From: Paraglomus brasilianum
Taxonomy: Eukaryota
Direction of reading: 5' to 3'
Assembly (NCBI GenBank): GCA_910592345.1
Contig: CAJVPI010000162.1
Location: forward strand, 1-47,580
DNA: 47,580 bases
Shown: positions 26,833 through 39,468 of the stretch, in pieces
How the letters are laid out: every line of letters begins with the position of its first letter
Numbering within the stretch: the first letter of the stretch is position 1
The notes under the pieces: generated by a model
Told to the model about the DNA's origin: nothing
What the model saw: the letters and a program-made list of their open reading frames with translations, nothing else
Database searches by the model: none
Program-made: the position numbers and the translations under genes

Positions 26833-28936
26833 TTAAATATGATCTTTCAGTTTCAGAAGTCTTTCTCTGGCTTGTTTTAGTGTCTCATCGGTTTTGCAAA
26901 AAGCGAATCTAGCATAATACTCGGCCAAATGCCTATTTTCAGCACAATAGAATTCGCTTGGTGGTATGGCCACAACTCCAATCTCTTTCGCCAACCAATA
27001 ACAAATCTTAAAATCATAACCTCTATTCTGTATAATCTCTGGAAATTCGTAATCTCCAGGTAGTTTGAGTTTTGACATGTCAACAAGAATGAAATAAGAG
27101 CCCTGGGGTTTGGTATATGGAAGAGGGATATCATCAAAGATGGACATCATGTAAGCCCGTTTTTGCTCGTAAAGTTCGAGCTGGTTTTCAAAAAAGTTAT
27201 GGGCGTCAGCCTGTTCAAAGCCAATTGCCATCGCTTCCTTTTAAAAGAAGAAAAAAATATTTTTTTTCAACCCGTTTGTAGTTAGTACGAGTCTCCGCAT
27301 GCAGTCTAATGACTCGTAATCTTTCACACCTTCCATAGCCTCGCCTTACTTCCTGCATACTTACTTGTAATGGGGAATTGACACAGAATACAATTCTTAC
27401 ATGAGCAGCCAATGCCGCCTCTACTAATTCTTTTGGGCCAATCAACCAACCAATTCGCCACCCCGTCGCGCCAAAAGTCTTTCCTCCACTACCAACAGTA
27501 ATTGTACGTTCCCAGAGCCCGGGAAGATTGGCTATCCTTTCGTGAGTGTTTGGCCTAAAGTACAGTCGGTCATACTAGACGATTGAGATAAATAGTGAAG
27601 AGCAAAGAGCACATTGAACTTGTTGATTATGCGTATAATATGCATCAATGGTATTTTCTGGGCAGTTTAGAATGCCGTTTCGCAAACCTCTTTTCAAATA
27701 CCCCTCCAGGTTCAACTCACCACTTCATCTGTCAGGATCAATAAATTGTTTTCAGTAGCAACCTTTCCTATATCTTCCAATTCTTTTTTGGAAAAGACTT
27801 TCCCGATTGGATTATGAGGAGTATTAAGCACGATAACTTTGGACCGAGGCGTTATCTTTGATCTTAGCTCGTCAATGTCCAGAGTCCAATCTTTCGACGA
27901 TATTGTTGCGTTAGGTCCGCCTTGTGGCCTGAGTGGAACGTATACTGGAACTCCTCCATTCATTTCTATATTGGCCTACGCCGGGGGACGGGAGGAATTC
28001 ATCAACTTATAAAGCGTGTAAAAACCCCATTACATGTTCGACGAGTTGATTTATTAGACAAATACATACAATATATTGATCGAAGAAAGGTTCCATTAGA
28101 ATGACTTCGTCACCTTCATCGAGAAACGCAGCAAATATTGCAAATATTCCTAACAATTGAAAATAAAAATGAATAAAATATTCTTGTTATATCCTAACGC
28201 AATGTCTTAACGTGTAGAATTACAAAAATCTTCATTATACCTTCATTCGCCCCGGCAGTGACCACAATTTCAGTCTCGGGATCCAAAGTTCTGTCCCGGA
28301 ATAATGGATCATATGCTTTTGCCAAGGCTTTCCTGAGACGAATACGCCCTTTAGGGTGACTAAAAATAAAAGATAGAAAATTACACAAAAATTGTCTAAG
28401 ACAAACACTCGTATGATATCCAATCAATATAATAATATCAACCTGTACTGACTACAATCGGTTCGCAGGATAGTCTCTCTTGCCGCTTCATTGAGGAAAT
28501 CTGGTGGTGCAAAACTTTTTAAAATAGTGTAAATAATTTTCCAGTATAGATTTCACGCGAGCATCAAAGTTAACCACAAACATAGGCTGTGCATACTTCA
28601 TGAATCCTTGTCCTAAATTCACCGCCTTCATTTGCATAGCAAGAGGAGTGAATATAGACCACACTATGGGATGGATGTAGGTTGGAGCAATACATTAGGA
28701 ATAGACAAGCATGATTTCCAATTTCGAAATTGATCGTTGGATCAAAATTGACAAGTATAATATAATAAATAGCGCCAACCATCCTGTGTCAGATGGGCAA
28801 CTTTTTCGGATTTCTTAATATTGACAGTATTACTCATATTAACAAAGTTTCGGTTTATTAATTTATTGACAATAGTAATGTGTCTTCTTGTACTCAAGTT
28901 GCGGTAGAGATGTCGAGTGAAAACGAGAGATGACAT
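26833..28936 (-). CDS. BNA3: Kynurenine aminotransferase / glutamine transaminase K-type class I PLP aminotransferase, multi-exon
   Basis: Motifs DVWSIF..A....AVNLGQGF, EIVVTAGANEG, MEPFFDQY, VLNTPHNPIGKVF, LILTDEVYD, TVGSGGKTFGATGWRIGW (PLP lysine), GVVAIPPSEFY and RFAFCK. Confidence 0.9.
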
Positions 28937-30111
28937 CTAGCGATAATCTTTTACGCAAAAAATCTGACCAAAAATGACGCATATCCCCGGTTTGGTGAAT
29001 ATAAATGTATGCGTGCAGGATGATCATACTTTTGTGTGTGCTAACGATAATAATATAAGTCATACGAATATCAACATGACTAATGATGTGATTTATAAAA
29101 AAAACTTTTTTGCAAGTCCCAAGTAGAAAATTTCATCGATCGTTCGAACTTCACACTGGTACTGATTCCTTGAAACATTCACAAGATCATTTTCCTTATT
29201 TTGAGAAACATGAATGGTATATCGCTCACTACTACAAATAACGCAACAAATAGCTTTACCGATAATATAGCCGACGAGGCTCCTCTATCAGGTACCTTAC
29301 AGTTCTCCATTCTCCTTTCCAAGATCCCTTTTCACATACTATCCACCTTACAATTTTTTCTAACCCTAATTGAATTAAAACGAAACTTATCCCCACGGCC
29401 AGCGCAGTCGTATCCGAACTTTCCTCAACGGATCTCACAACACTCGTCTCTTCCAACTCTCGTGTCTCACTGTCAACCCCTGCCATAACCCACCATCTCC
29501 TTCGAATAGACTCGAGTGCCTTTCTTTTTCAGTATCCTCGAGGAGCCTACACCACCGCGAGAACAGTAAAGCGCATATCTGTAGTAGACTTCCAAACCCA
29601 CATCAACCGTCTTGCTAATTCGATTTCTCATATCAATTACAAGTCGTTCGATTGCTCTTCTGTTATCGAGGAATCGAGCAATGCTGTCGCGGTAGATGCT
29701 GCTGATTGTGCTGATTGCGAAGACTGTGGAGAACCGGAAGAGGTCCGAAATGCATTGAAGCCATTTAGGAATGCTGCAACTTTAAAGAGATTATTGCTTC
29801 CAGTGGTTAGAGAAGGATTAAGAAAGTATTATGAAATTGAAGAAGAGAATACTTGGCATGTTAAAGGCGTCAGTGAGGCAAGGATTACTGTATTGATTTC
29901 TTATTCTTTCGAGGTACGTGTATGCTGCGAGACATGCTCGCTTAACTAGACGCGTTCTTGGTCTCTACAGTTAAATTCAAGCTTGAATTTATCACTTTGC
30001 TTTTAGAAACGCCAACCAATTCTTGCTACCCACGTTTCGCCATTACGCGCACCTCAATCCGGGAAATGTAGAGTACGCAGAAATTCATATGCGTTTGATT
30101 GGTTTGTGTCA

Positions 30112-30770
30112 TTATTTACCCATTCTGACTTTTACTTTGACATTTTTGACAGGTGGAAGTGCACGGTGAACCTCGAAAAGCAGCTGAAACAAAAGATTCG
30201 CAGTGGGTTCGGTAAGAGACGTGTATAACAGCATTGGCACAGTACAATACTTTTTATCGGCGTTGTTTAATAACCTTTCTTTTTGATTAATCAAATCCTC
30301 CATTTTATAGCGATCGCAGAAGCCTCGAGGCTTCGCTTCGTCCTGGCTTCAACGAACTTCTTCTGTACGATTCCAACACCAAGAACATATACGAAGGCCT
30401 GTCCTCCAACTTTTTTGCAGTATTGCACAATCCCGACACCCAACGATCCGTCGTAGTCACAGCTCCAAAACATTGCGTATTAGAAGGAACTATTCTGCGT
30501 ATAGTCGAAACGATATGCGAGAGAGATGGGATAGAATTCCGGTTCTGGTTCCCAAACGTTGCGGACGTTGAAATGTGGACTGGGGCATTTATTACAAGTT
30601 GAGTTTGCGGAGGGTTGTGCATCCTGATGAGAGAAAGGCAATGATAGTTTGTTCACGAGTTGTTTGGATCTTTTTAGGTACATCGAGGTTAATTCTTCCG
30701 GTTGAAATGATAAGGTTTCGTGATGGAAGGTAAAATACTTCTTTCTATACATATAAACCTTATGTTTCAC
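30112..30770 (-). pseudogene. Decayed ORF fragments, possibly from a repetitive nuclease-like/effector-like family
   Basis: Overlapping short ORFs in shifting frames, including TQCFGAVTTTDRWV and KKFVEAR. No intact gene structure. Confidence 0.25.
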
Positions 30771-31248
30771 TATAATATCTGATCTCCGATTGCCGAATTA
30801 CACTTATTCGTGCTATAGGCCGCCAGTAAAGCTTCCAACACATGATGAAACGATAGCCCACATACGAGAAGAAGTTCACAAGGAAATATTCAAGCGAGCT
30901 CATCGGATACTTTGAGTGGAAGTGTACGAATGGCGATGTTATAGAAGAACACCAGCGTATAGCGCGCTAGTCCTTCGTCGAGAACTTGGGACGAAAAGGA
31001 TGTGGAATCAAATTATACAGAAATTTGAATCCACTGACAAACAAAACAAAAAAGTTTATAATTATTTGATAGATAATAGTAAGCGATTCCACATAGCGGC
31101 TAATGTTTCTAATACATATTACACAATCGTTACACATTATTTAAATACTAATTTTTGTTTCTGGTTGATCTGTTATAATTGCAATTATCACACCTGTTCA
31201 TCCCAATGAACAGGTCTCAATTGGATTCAATCATCGTCCTCTAATTCA

Positions 31249-32808
31249 TTATCCATTCCCGCGACTCTCTCCCCACAACCCGCCACCAGCCTTCTTTTGT
31301 TCTTCCGCTATTTTTCTAAACATCTCCATAGTCTCCTGTTCCTTGGATTTGTACGCTACTATTTTCTCTCGAACGTTAGCAGTCTTTTCGGTCATGTACT
31401 GCTGCTTCCTATTTTCTCTGGCTGCCTTTGCACGGTCTCGCGCTGCTAATCTGTTAATTGGTATTGGGATAAGAGTCAAACGACATTTCAGAGGAAAGGA
31501 TGGCTAATAAACGATATGACGTCAAGATGGTAAATACCTCGATTGAAAGTCATCTCCACCTAGTAATGCATTATCGTCAAGTTCAAGGTCTGGACTTGCT
31601 TCACGTCGATAATGTGCATTACGAGCTTTCTTTTTCTCAATCATTGCTTCCCTGCCTGTTTGATAAATGAACACAACATTATCATATTTGATACAACATA
31701 CGTTATAGTTATCTACAATATTGATAGCTTGCTTCACCTGTTGCTTTTGGAAGCAGTTCGTCGAGAACTGCTTCTTGCGTCTTTGCATAGTCTTTCGTTT
31801 CTTTCTTCCGCAGAGAACGCTCATAGCGCCGTCGATCCTCATCATCCATGTCTAATGAAAGGTTGGTATGATATATGACTGTTGATAGAATAAAATTTTG
31901 TTTGTCATGTTACGAGTAGCTACGGACGTTACCTTCATCCACTTCTCGAGATGGAGGAGGCAGAGTAGGGCCTATAAAACGTAGTCTTAAGCAAATGCTT
32001 GCCATTTCTCGCTGCATTTTAAAATGCCACCCAATCACCAATAATCGTATCAATAATCGTATCAATAATCGTACCAATAATTCGTTTTCCTTCCTCTTTC
32101 TTTTCTTTGCTCATGACCATCTTAGCCTCAGCCGCAAATTGTTTGTTAGTCTGTCGATCAACTGTATTCTTAATTGCTTCAAGTTCATCAGTGTTTGCTT
32201 TGATATTCCACTTGTATCGAGTCTTGTCTGATTTATCTACTTGTGACGATCGAATACCATCGTAGTATTTCTCTACATAAGGGTTATTCGCGTGTTCTCG
32301 GTGAGAAAAAAGTGATCGAATCAAAAAATTACTTTTACAAAATATTTCTTTCCAGACATCAGACAACATACTTTCGAGTTTAAACTGGTTCCAAGCATTC
32401 ACAAACTTTTTGAAATATCGCCTCGTCTGCTCCGCATTCAATTCGTCGAAATATTTGTCTTTATACTCACGCAACCATATTCGAAATTCGGTTGATTTGG
32501 TATAATAATCATCTTCGGTTATGGCTATAACATGACAAAAACGAGCAGATTTCTGGTCAATAGCTAAGCTCAACACATTATAAGTCTTTTACAAGACGTC
32601 ACCCTAAGATAATTAAGTTATTAGCATACAACGCGCGAACATACTAACGTTGGAGGAACTTTTTCGCCTGTTCAACGAGATCGGAGTCTTTGGACCGACG
32701 ACGATGTGATCTTTTGTGCTTTTTATCTTTGTGGGAAGAGTCTTCGTCGCGATGATCTTTACGATGCGGGGAGGCAGACCGTGCGCGATCGCGGCGACGG
32801 TAGGACAT
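31249..32808 (-). CDS. Conserved R/K/D-rich nuclear protein with an SCI1 (style cell-cycle inhibitor 1)-like domain, multi-exon
   Basis: ATG 32808 MSYRRDRARSASPHRK..., then ITEDDYYTKSTEFRIWLREYKDKYFDELNAEQTRRYFKKFVNAWN..KL..KYYDGI, IG|PTLP, VLDELLPKAT|GREAMIEKKK, LLGGDDF and KEQETMEMFRKIA. Confidence 0.75.
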
Positions 32809-34240
32809 TATTAGAAAGAGCCTTTAATATTTGGAGTGTTGGTCAAAAATATAAATCGGTGGCGTCATGTGGCGTCGTCAACTACTAATACTGATGGCTG
32901 ATCTCACTCTTGTAAAACATCTGTATCTGCATAACTGGTTTTGCACATACCCGGGGATACAACAAAGCCGATCAAGTAGACAGTGCGACGGAATGGTATT
33001 ATGATACAGTACGCACTCGTCCCTTAGGGCCGGCCTCATTGCGGGTCTGCGACCCTAAACGTAATTATGAAAACTACTAAAAATAAATGGGTCATGACGG
33101 AAGATGCGGTTTGAATTCTTGTTGTCCCGATAGAAAGTCGGACAACGCTATGCATTTTAAAGTTATGCTACAATTCGCGTGACAGTTAATACCAAGATAA
33201 AGAATTATTATTATAGCTCACATAACAGTAAAGTTTTTTTTTAGTTCTTTGACAGAATGCATTTGTAAAGGCAAACCGTCCTCTTGATACGTGTAGTCAT
33301 GTCTTTATCTCGATATTGCATGTGTATCAACGTTGTAGAGTTATGATATACAATTCATTTATAATCCTTAAATCCTGTGAGTATATATTTAAAATTTACC
33401 TACTGTAATGATGGTTTTCACAAATTCTCTGGTAAACAAAAAAAGTCTTATTAGTCTAATCACCGTATTAGTATGTACACGCATTCCAACCAAAAATAAC
33501 ATCAATAACACGTCAGCATGCATAGTAATTATAGTAGTTATACAACGTTTCTATGCTAAAAAAGAGAATCAGTTTAGCGTACGTGAGAGCTGATGTATCA
33601 CTCGGGGGCTGCACTCGTCTTAACAACCACTTAAACCCTCGTCAAAGACGATACTCCGAACCTGAAGGAGTGCAAAGGGCGTTTTCTGGTCTATGTGCTC
33701 GCAGTATGGCTTGTAAGTCGTCAACGGGTCTCGTGTGGCCGACATTGGGTTGGGTATCCAATTTAGGTAATGAAAAGCGGGAGCAAAAAATGGCTATTAC
33801 TATAGTTGAACAAAATTACAACATCATAATCACATCAAAAAAGGACGCAACCGTCTGTAACACCTACTACAACGAGATAATACGGAGAAGGGAGTTTTAT
33901 AATGAATCACAAAATTGACAACATAGAATGAATAGGTCCTTCGTTTCCGGGGAAACATTAGAATGGTTTACCCGTCTTACAATCTTTTTTACAAGCGAGT
34001 GTTTGATGTTCCCTACCTGGCCGGCACTTCTTATCAAATCCACCCGTTTTCGTTTTCAACAGTCGAATCAATTTAAAGAACAGAAAAAGGAACCACATGG
34101 CCAATTAGGAATGGATGGTAGACTTGTTACAATTTATTGTGTTAATGCTTTGCTTGTTATCGTTGTCTTTTCTAATATTATTTAAAAAGCAATCAGTCGC
34201 TATTGTGTAATGTATGTGCAGCGAAGCTTTGTGAAGTACA

Positions 34241-34342
34241 CAGTGAAAGTCGATATAACGGACTGTTCGGGACCAGCGTTTTAATCCGTAATATCGACGA
34301 GTCCGTAATAGTAATATCATGGTCCGTTATATCGACTAACTG
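34241..34342. mobile_element. About 100-bp pogo-like MITE
   Basis: TIRs CAGTGAAAGTCGATATAACGGAC / GTCCGTTATATCGACTAACTG followed by TA. The termini are related to those of the 777-1664 element. Confidence 0.7.
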
Positions 34343-34948
34343 TAGCAATTACAATAATAATAAATAGTAATAGAGATTATGCCAACTGAAGTGTGACGAA
34401 TTGCCTAATAAGTATTTGATCGAATTCTAAAAAAGTAACTTGATTTATGTAATAGTATACAACCTTCACTAACGTTTACAACAATGGACTTTTAACGTCT
34501 ATTTCAAGGCTGATAAAAACATTTCATGCAAAATCGGCATTGTTTATTATTATGACGGATTATTATATTAAAATTTTCATTTACTTCCTTATGTATTGTC
34601 GTATGAGAGTTCAAACACAAGTTTAACTGTTATGCGAGTTTCAACTATGATAAAGCCTCACCTAAAATAACAAAGATTTCGAATACAAAACGCACGTAGC
34701 GTTAAAGCTGTCGTAATCTAAAACCTTGTGTTCGAAACGGACGATGAAGGGTACGTACTACGGAGTTATCACTGTTCTCTTGTTTGTTGATAAGGGAATC
34801 TTAATTTGCAAAACCCCGATTATCACAACCGTCACAATATATAAACAGGCCAAAAGTCAAGGATAAATTTCCATTAACATACTACTTCACAGTGACAGTC
34901 GATTCTATAACATACCTTCTCCAATCTCAAAAGAAACACTACAAAGAG

Positions 34949-35389
34949 ATGATAGCGATTCGCATAGCTCTCTTGTTTCTTCTCTTCACATCCATCAGCG
35001 CCTTTCCCGCCCTCGTTTACAGACGTCAAAACACCCTCGAACAACGTACCGACGCCATTCTTTTCGACTTCTCTATCCAGGATTTCCTCAATGCCAAAGC
35101 CGCTAACAGTCCTGACTTTGACTTTACCGACGACGGCTGTAGCGACGCTCCTGATCATCCTGATGGTTTCAACTTTCTTCCTGGTTGCCAACGACATGAT
35201 TTTGGGTATCGGAACTACAAGAAGCAAGGTCGCTTTACAGAAGACAATCGCGGGAAGATAGACAATAATCTCAAGAAGGATCTATATAATGAATGTGCAC
35301 AGTACAGCGAGCTGAAGAGTGTAGAATGTAGGAGGATTGCAGATATCTATTTTAATGCAGTGAGAACTTTTGGAAATCTTGACGTTTGA
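34949..35389 (+). CDS. Secreted group XIV (prokaryotic/fungal-type) phospholipase A2, intronless, about 146 aa
   Basis: Signal peptide MIAIRIALLFLLFTSISA, dibasic RR site, FDFTDDGCSDAPD.PDGFNF.PGCQRHDFGYRNYKKQGRFT (His-Asp catalytic dyad), ID..LK.DL...C and C...A.IYFNAVR.FG. TATA-like ATATATAAAC near 34838. Confidence 0.92.
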   Translation: MIAIRIALLFLLFTSISAFPALVYRRQNTLEQRTDAILFDFSIQDFLNAKAANSPDFDFTDDGCSDAPDHPDGFNFLPGCQRHDFGYRNYKKQGRFTEDNRGKIDNNLKKDLYNECAQYSELKSVECRRIADIYFNAVRTFGNLDV

Positions 35390-37928
35390 TATTCCCTTTT
35401 TTTATATGCACTGGTTGCATTTGTTACGGGAAGGGAAATGTTGTGGGGTGTTGTAGGGTGTTGTCCACTATTACTATGTCGATATTTACCTAATATTTCA
35501 ATTGTATAATCAATGCGTTTTTTTATATTTGTTTATTGGAATAAATTTTTTTACGTGTATTGGTTTCTCCTATATTCTGCCGAGTCGTGTATGATATATA
35601 TGCTATATCAAGTAAATTCTCGACATCAAGTTTCTGCGTCAATAGAAAGTTACACGATAAAGCACCTTGTTAATTTAACAACCACGGGGTATGTTAATGT
35701 CTTTCAATCGGTTCACTAAATTGACAAGAATTTGCTGCGTAAGCTAAATGCGGACACGTAATAGAATTACGAAAAAATACGCCATCGTATTACTGACAAC
35801 CATTTATGAGAGTAAATGGATGCTAGTAACCAATTTCCTCTTTCTGTGCTTGTTATTAACTTTTAGTTGACTGTCATTCTTCTCAATTGCAATCAGATAA
35901 TTTGCACTGCATTAAATGTTTCACTGTTAACATTCCATTCCCGAGTCCAAATGTTAATGTGAACTGCTTGTTCACATATCTGTGAGCGATGTTTATTCCA
36001 ACTTTTGGGGCTTTTTGTTTGCCCTAGAATGGTAAATTTGGCGAATTAATAACAGGTTAACATGTCTCTAATCCATCCCATTTGATTGACTGATCGACTA
36101 GTAGTACTTGAGCTTTACGTGAGCTCGTCTCAGGTTGACTAGTAGTCTTGAGCTCCAATAGCGCCTAGGCTTCGAGCTGCAACGGTGACTTTCATTGCTT
36201 GTTTGGTCACCTCCCTGAACTTTACTTCACACTCTGAATTTGATGTCAAGCAACCTTTGTGCTTTCCTTTGTCTTCGTCCTTTTTCATCAGTGACAATGG
36301 TCGACAGACACTTAACGTAACAATCTAACTTTCTTGAGAATGATTCTATAACAGAAATCCTTGAATGTTCCATTCTGTGTACTTTCGATCGAAGTACTCA
36401 TATCCAGGCGTTGAAAGTGGGTTTCGAGTATTTATCCGCTGTTTTGCCGCTTTATTCCGTATTACGCCGCACATTTCCGATTTCGCCGCGTTATTCCGTC
36501 TTCTGCTTTTTCCGACGGTTATTTTCAGGTAAGTATGTTATAATTTATCGTCGTCTTATTATGGTTCACGGAGGATATTATGTGCCCCAAGAACATCAAA
36601 GCGTCTAAATAACATTATCATGGTAGATGCTCATAAAACGGTAAAAGTGAGCTTAACCAATAAACATATTGCTACATCCCTCATTATTAACCACAAGTAG
36701 ACTGTAGACACTTACTACGTGAACGAAAGAGTAAAATTGGTTTACAGAGAATTAGAGTATTCCGTTGTTTAGCGGGTTATTATTAACCATAGAGCGTTTA
36801 TGTAGAAAGCTCAGCATACGATGCTAAAAATAGAACATTAGTATTTTCGAAAGATATAAAAGCAGCGTACATTTCAGTTAGTATCGATGTGTTCTGATCC
36901 TTTCGATATACTCTGAAAATACGCGTTTAATATTCTTTGATATTATTCAATATAGCCGATAAATCCTAATATATAAGAGATAATTGAGTAATAGAGGCTT
37001 GCATTTTCAGTATTCAAAAAATATTGATATCAGAGATTTCTTATTTATATACAGAATAGACATAACTACAAGTCAAGAAGGTGAGCAACTCTTCAGTAAA
37101 GTTAAACAATGTCTTGAGGATTGCCAAGAAACTGCCGCCGAACAAAATTTAGTTGGTACTACCCGCAAGCCTCGCAAGGTACGCCTGACAATACACGCTT
37201 TAATTCGTGCTTTTTAAAACGTAAGCAGCCAATTTTAATGAACCTTGCATGTACTCAGAATTATACCCAAGTTTTATCATTTCCATAAATAATCATCTGA
37301 AGATAACCAGATGATCAAGATAATTTTCCTTTATAAGCATTATAATAAAGTAAAAACCACAGAAAAATTGCACCTTAAATAACCAGTGAAGCGTAAAATA
37401 AATACATTAATGAGAAATAATGAATATAATGGTTCTATTGAATATGAAAAAGCAACACGTTTCTTGGAGGTAAGTTGTAATTGTGGTTGTTCATTCATAG
37501 TTTCAACCAAATTGTGAGGTGTTTCAAGCTTTCTCCAGACCCAAAAAGATGTATTTTTTTTTTGAAAGCAATGGAGGGGGACTTAAAAAGAAAACTCGTA
37601 CTAATAAGAGTTTTACTACTGGGATCGCAATGTAATGGTAAATAAACTTATACATCTTGTTAAGCTCTATCGTAAATTGTGAACAAACCACTTAATTAAC
37701 GCGCCGCCGCGTTTGTACCTTTTATCTTTGTGATCAAAACTTACACAGCAGGTAACCAATTTCCCATATTAACAGTAATATTCTTTAATGCTCAGTGCAT
37801 TAAGAATGCAGATAACACTTTTTTGTTCAAAAGACATATGTTGTCAGTCTTATTTTGGTTTAAAGAGTATTTTTTGGCTATAATTATATATAGTGATGAA
37901 TGTTATTCCTATTAGATGACTTTTACAT

Positions 37929-38050
37929 TATCTATGCCCAACCGAATTCAAGCTGTGATTGCTGCAATATTGACATTTACTCTAAATAAATAAAATTTCT
38001 TTTTAAATATCTTAGAAATGAAAGCGTGCAATATTTTTGTCCCCGGTATA
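37929..38050 (+). mobile_element. 3' fragment of a Tc1-like transposon
   Basis: Reads SMPNRIQAVIAA, the typical Tc1 transposase C-terminus (SMPRR..AVI.A.G), followed by a TIR-like end GCAATATTTTTGTCCCCGG+TA. Confidence 0.5.
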
Positions 38051-38528
38051 CACATTTAATTGCTACTAATAAGTGCTTTTCATGCAATATGATAAATCAT
38101 TAATACGTTGCGCAATGAGTGACTGTGCGAGGTAACACAATAATTGATCTCTTTCCGTAAAAAAGTCTTGTTTCAAAACTATGTCGTTAATTAAGGACAT
38201 TCAATCGACAACTGGATCGCACATAGACTTAAATGTATTCCTTACTAACATAGAATCAAGTCAAAGTGACAACGTTTATTACGCTATTCGTCACAAGCAA
38301 ACATGCAATGATAGACGACGATAATGTTGCTAATGCTTGGAAACAATGAAATATGTAATATAGAAAACAACATTAATTTGTAACTATGTCAATTTTTATT
38401 GATGCTTTGATTGAAATTCTTTACATGAATAATAATAATTCAGCTGCTCTAAATATGAGAATGTAATAGTAGTGATAAATTATGAATGATGAATGTTATC
38501 AGAAGATTTGTTTGGTAATCTCAAGTGA

Positions 38529-38999
38529 TTATGCTCCGACTGCGGCCACTGCACAGCCATAGACCACTTCTGTTGGATCGCTTGTATTCATTAAGATTGT
38601 CACAGTATATTTGTTGGGTAATGCCGGCGCTGGAGCTGTACGCTTTCGAGTAAACGTATCTCCCTTTTTAACTGGACAAGGGTCGCCGTTTCTTATGCAA
38701 AGGGGGAAGAAAAAGGGTGAACCTATAACGACTCCATTGGCATTGTTGTAAACGATCGACATTTGGGCATTTGAGGGAATATCCACTTTCGCAGTTCCAG
38801 AAATCGTAAATACAGCGTCTTGATTGGAAGCGATAGGATCTGGTGTTACAGTTACCGTGAATGGCGTGACATCAACAGCATTGCCAGGAACTGGTGGACA
38901 TTCTTTGAACTGGGTAGTTCTTTTATTGAGGTGCGGAACAGCATTGATGACTGAAATTGAAGCCAAGAAGAAGAATAGGAATAGTAAATTGCGGTTCAT
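38529..38999 (-). CDS. Secreted ML (MD-2-related lipid-recognition, NPC2-like) domain protein, divergent copy A
   Basis: Intronless. MNRNLLFLFFFLASISVINA signal peptide, KR site, then F..CP, VTVTPDP, FTISGT, C...CPVKKGD.F and YGCA, with four cysteines in ML-fold spacing. Confidence 0.88.
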   Translation of the reverse strand: MNRNLLFLFFFLASISVINAVPHLNKRTTQFKECPPVPGNAVDVTPFTVTVTPDPIASNQDAVFTISGTAKVDIPSNAQMSIVYNNANGVVIGSPFFFPLCIRNGDPCPVKKGDTFTRKRTAPAPALPNKYTVTILMNTSDPTEVVYGCAVAAVGA

Positions 39000-39468
39000 G
39001 GTTTTTGTCAATATTAATGTTAATCGTAAATAGTAAGTATATAAGTTCAGTTCCTGGTCAAGACAGGTCGAAGTTTCTGCCGTATTTATAAGAAAATTGG
39101 GATTCCTTGAATAGTATTTTATACTATGTCAAAAGAAGAAAAAACCAAACCGGGGAAATATTAAATGGCGGGTTGATTGGTTGACATTCTGTACTGATGA
39201 TTAACATATAATAATAGTTCGAAGATTTACCCCTAAACGGTCTTCGTAATGATCGGTTCATATTTTGTGCATAATAACCTCATTTGCTATATTAACTACC
39301 CGCTATAACAAAAACGTGTTGCTTATTTTCGGAAGAATACGGTATAGTGTTTTGTTGTCTTATGTTAATATCATCCAAATGACAATACGCACATTGTTGC
39401 CTTAAAATGAGTTTTTAGGTATTCCCCCTTTTGACATCTATAGAAAGTTTAGTGTAGAATTAATAAAC

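Noticed and set aside
29201..29960. Short ORFs upstream of the aminotransferase
   Set aside because: No consistent frame, splice structure or recognisable domain could be established.
35500..37900. AT-rich stretch with short ORFs between PLA2 and the ML array
   Set aside because: Probably decayed TE DNA, but I could not find termini or motifs to support a call.
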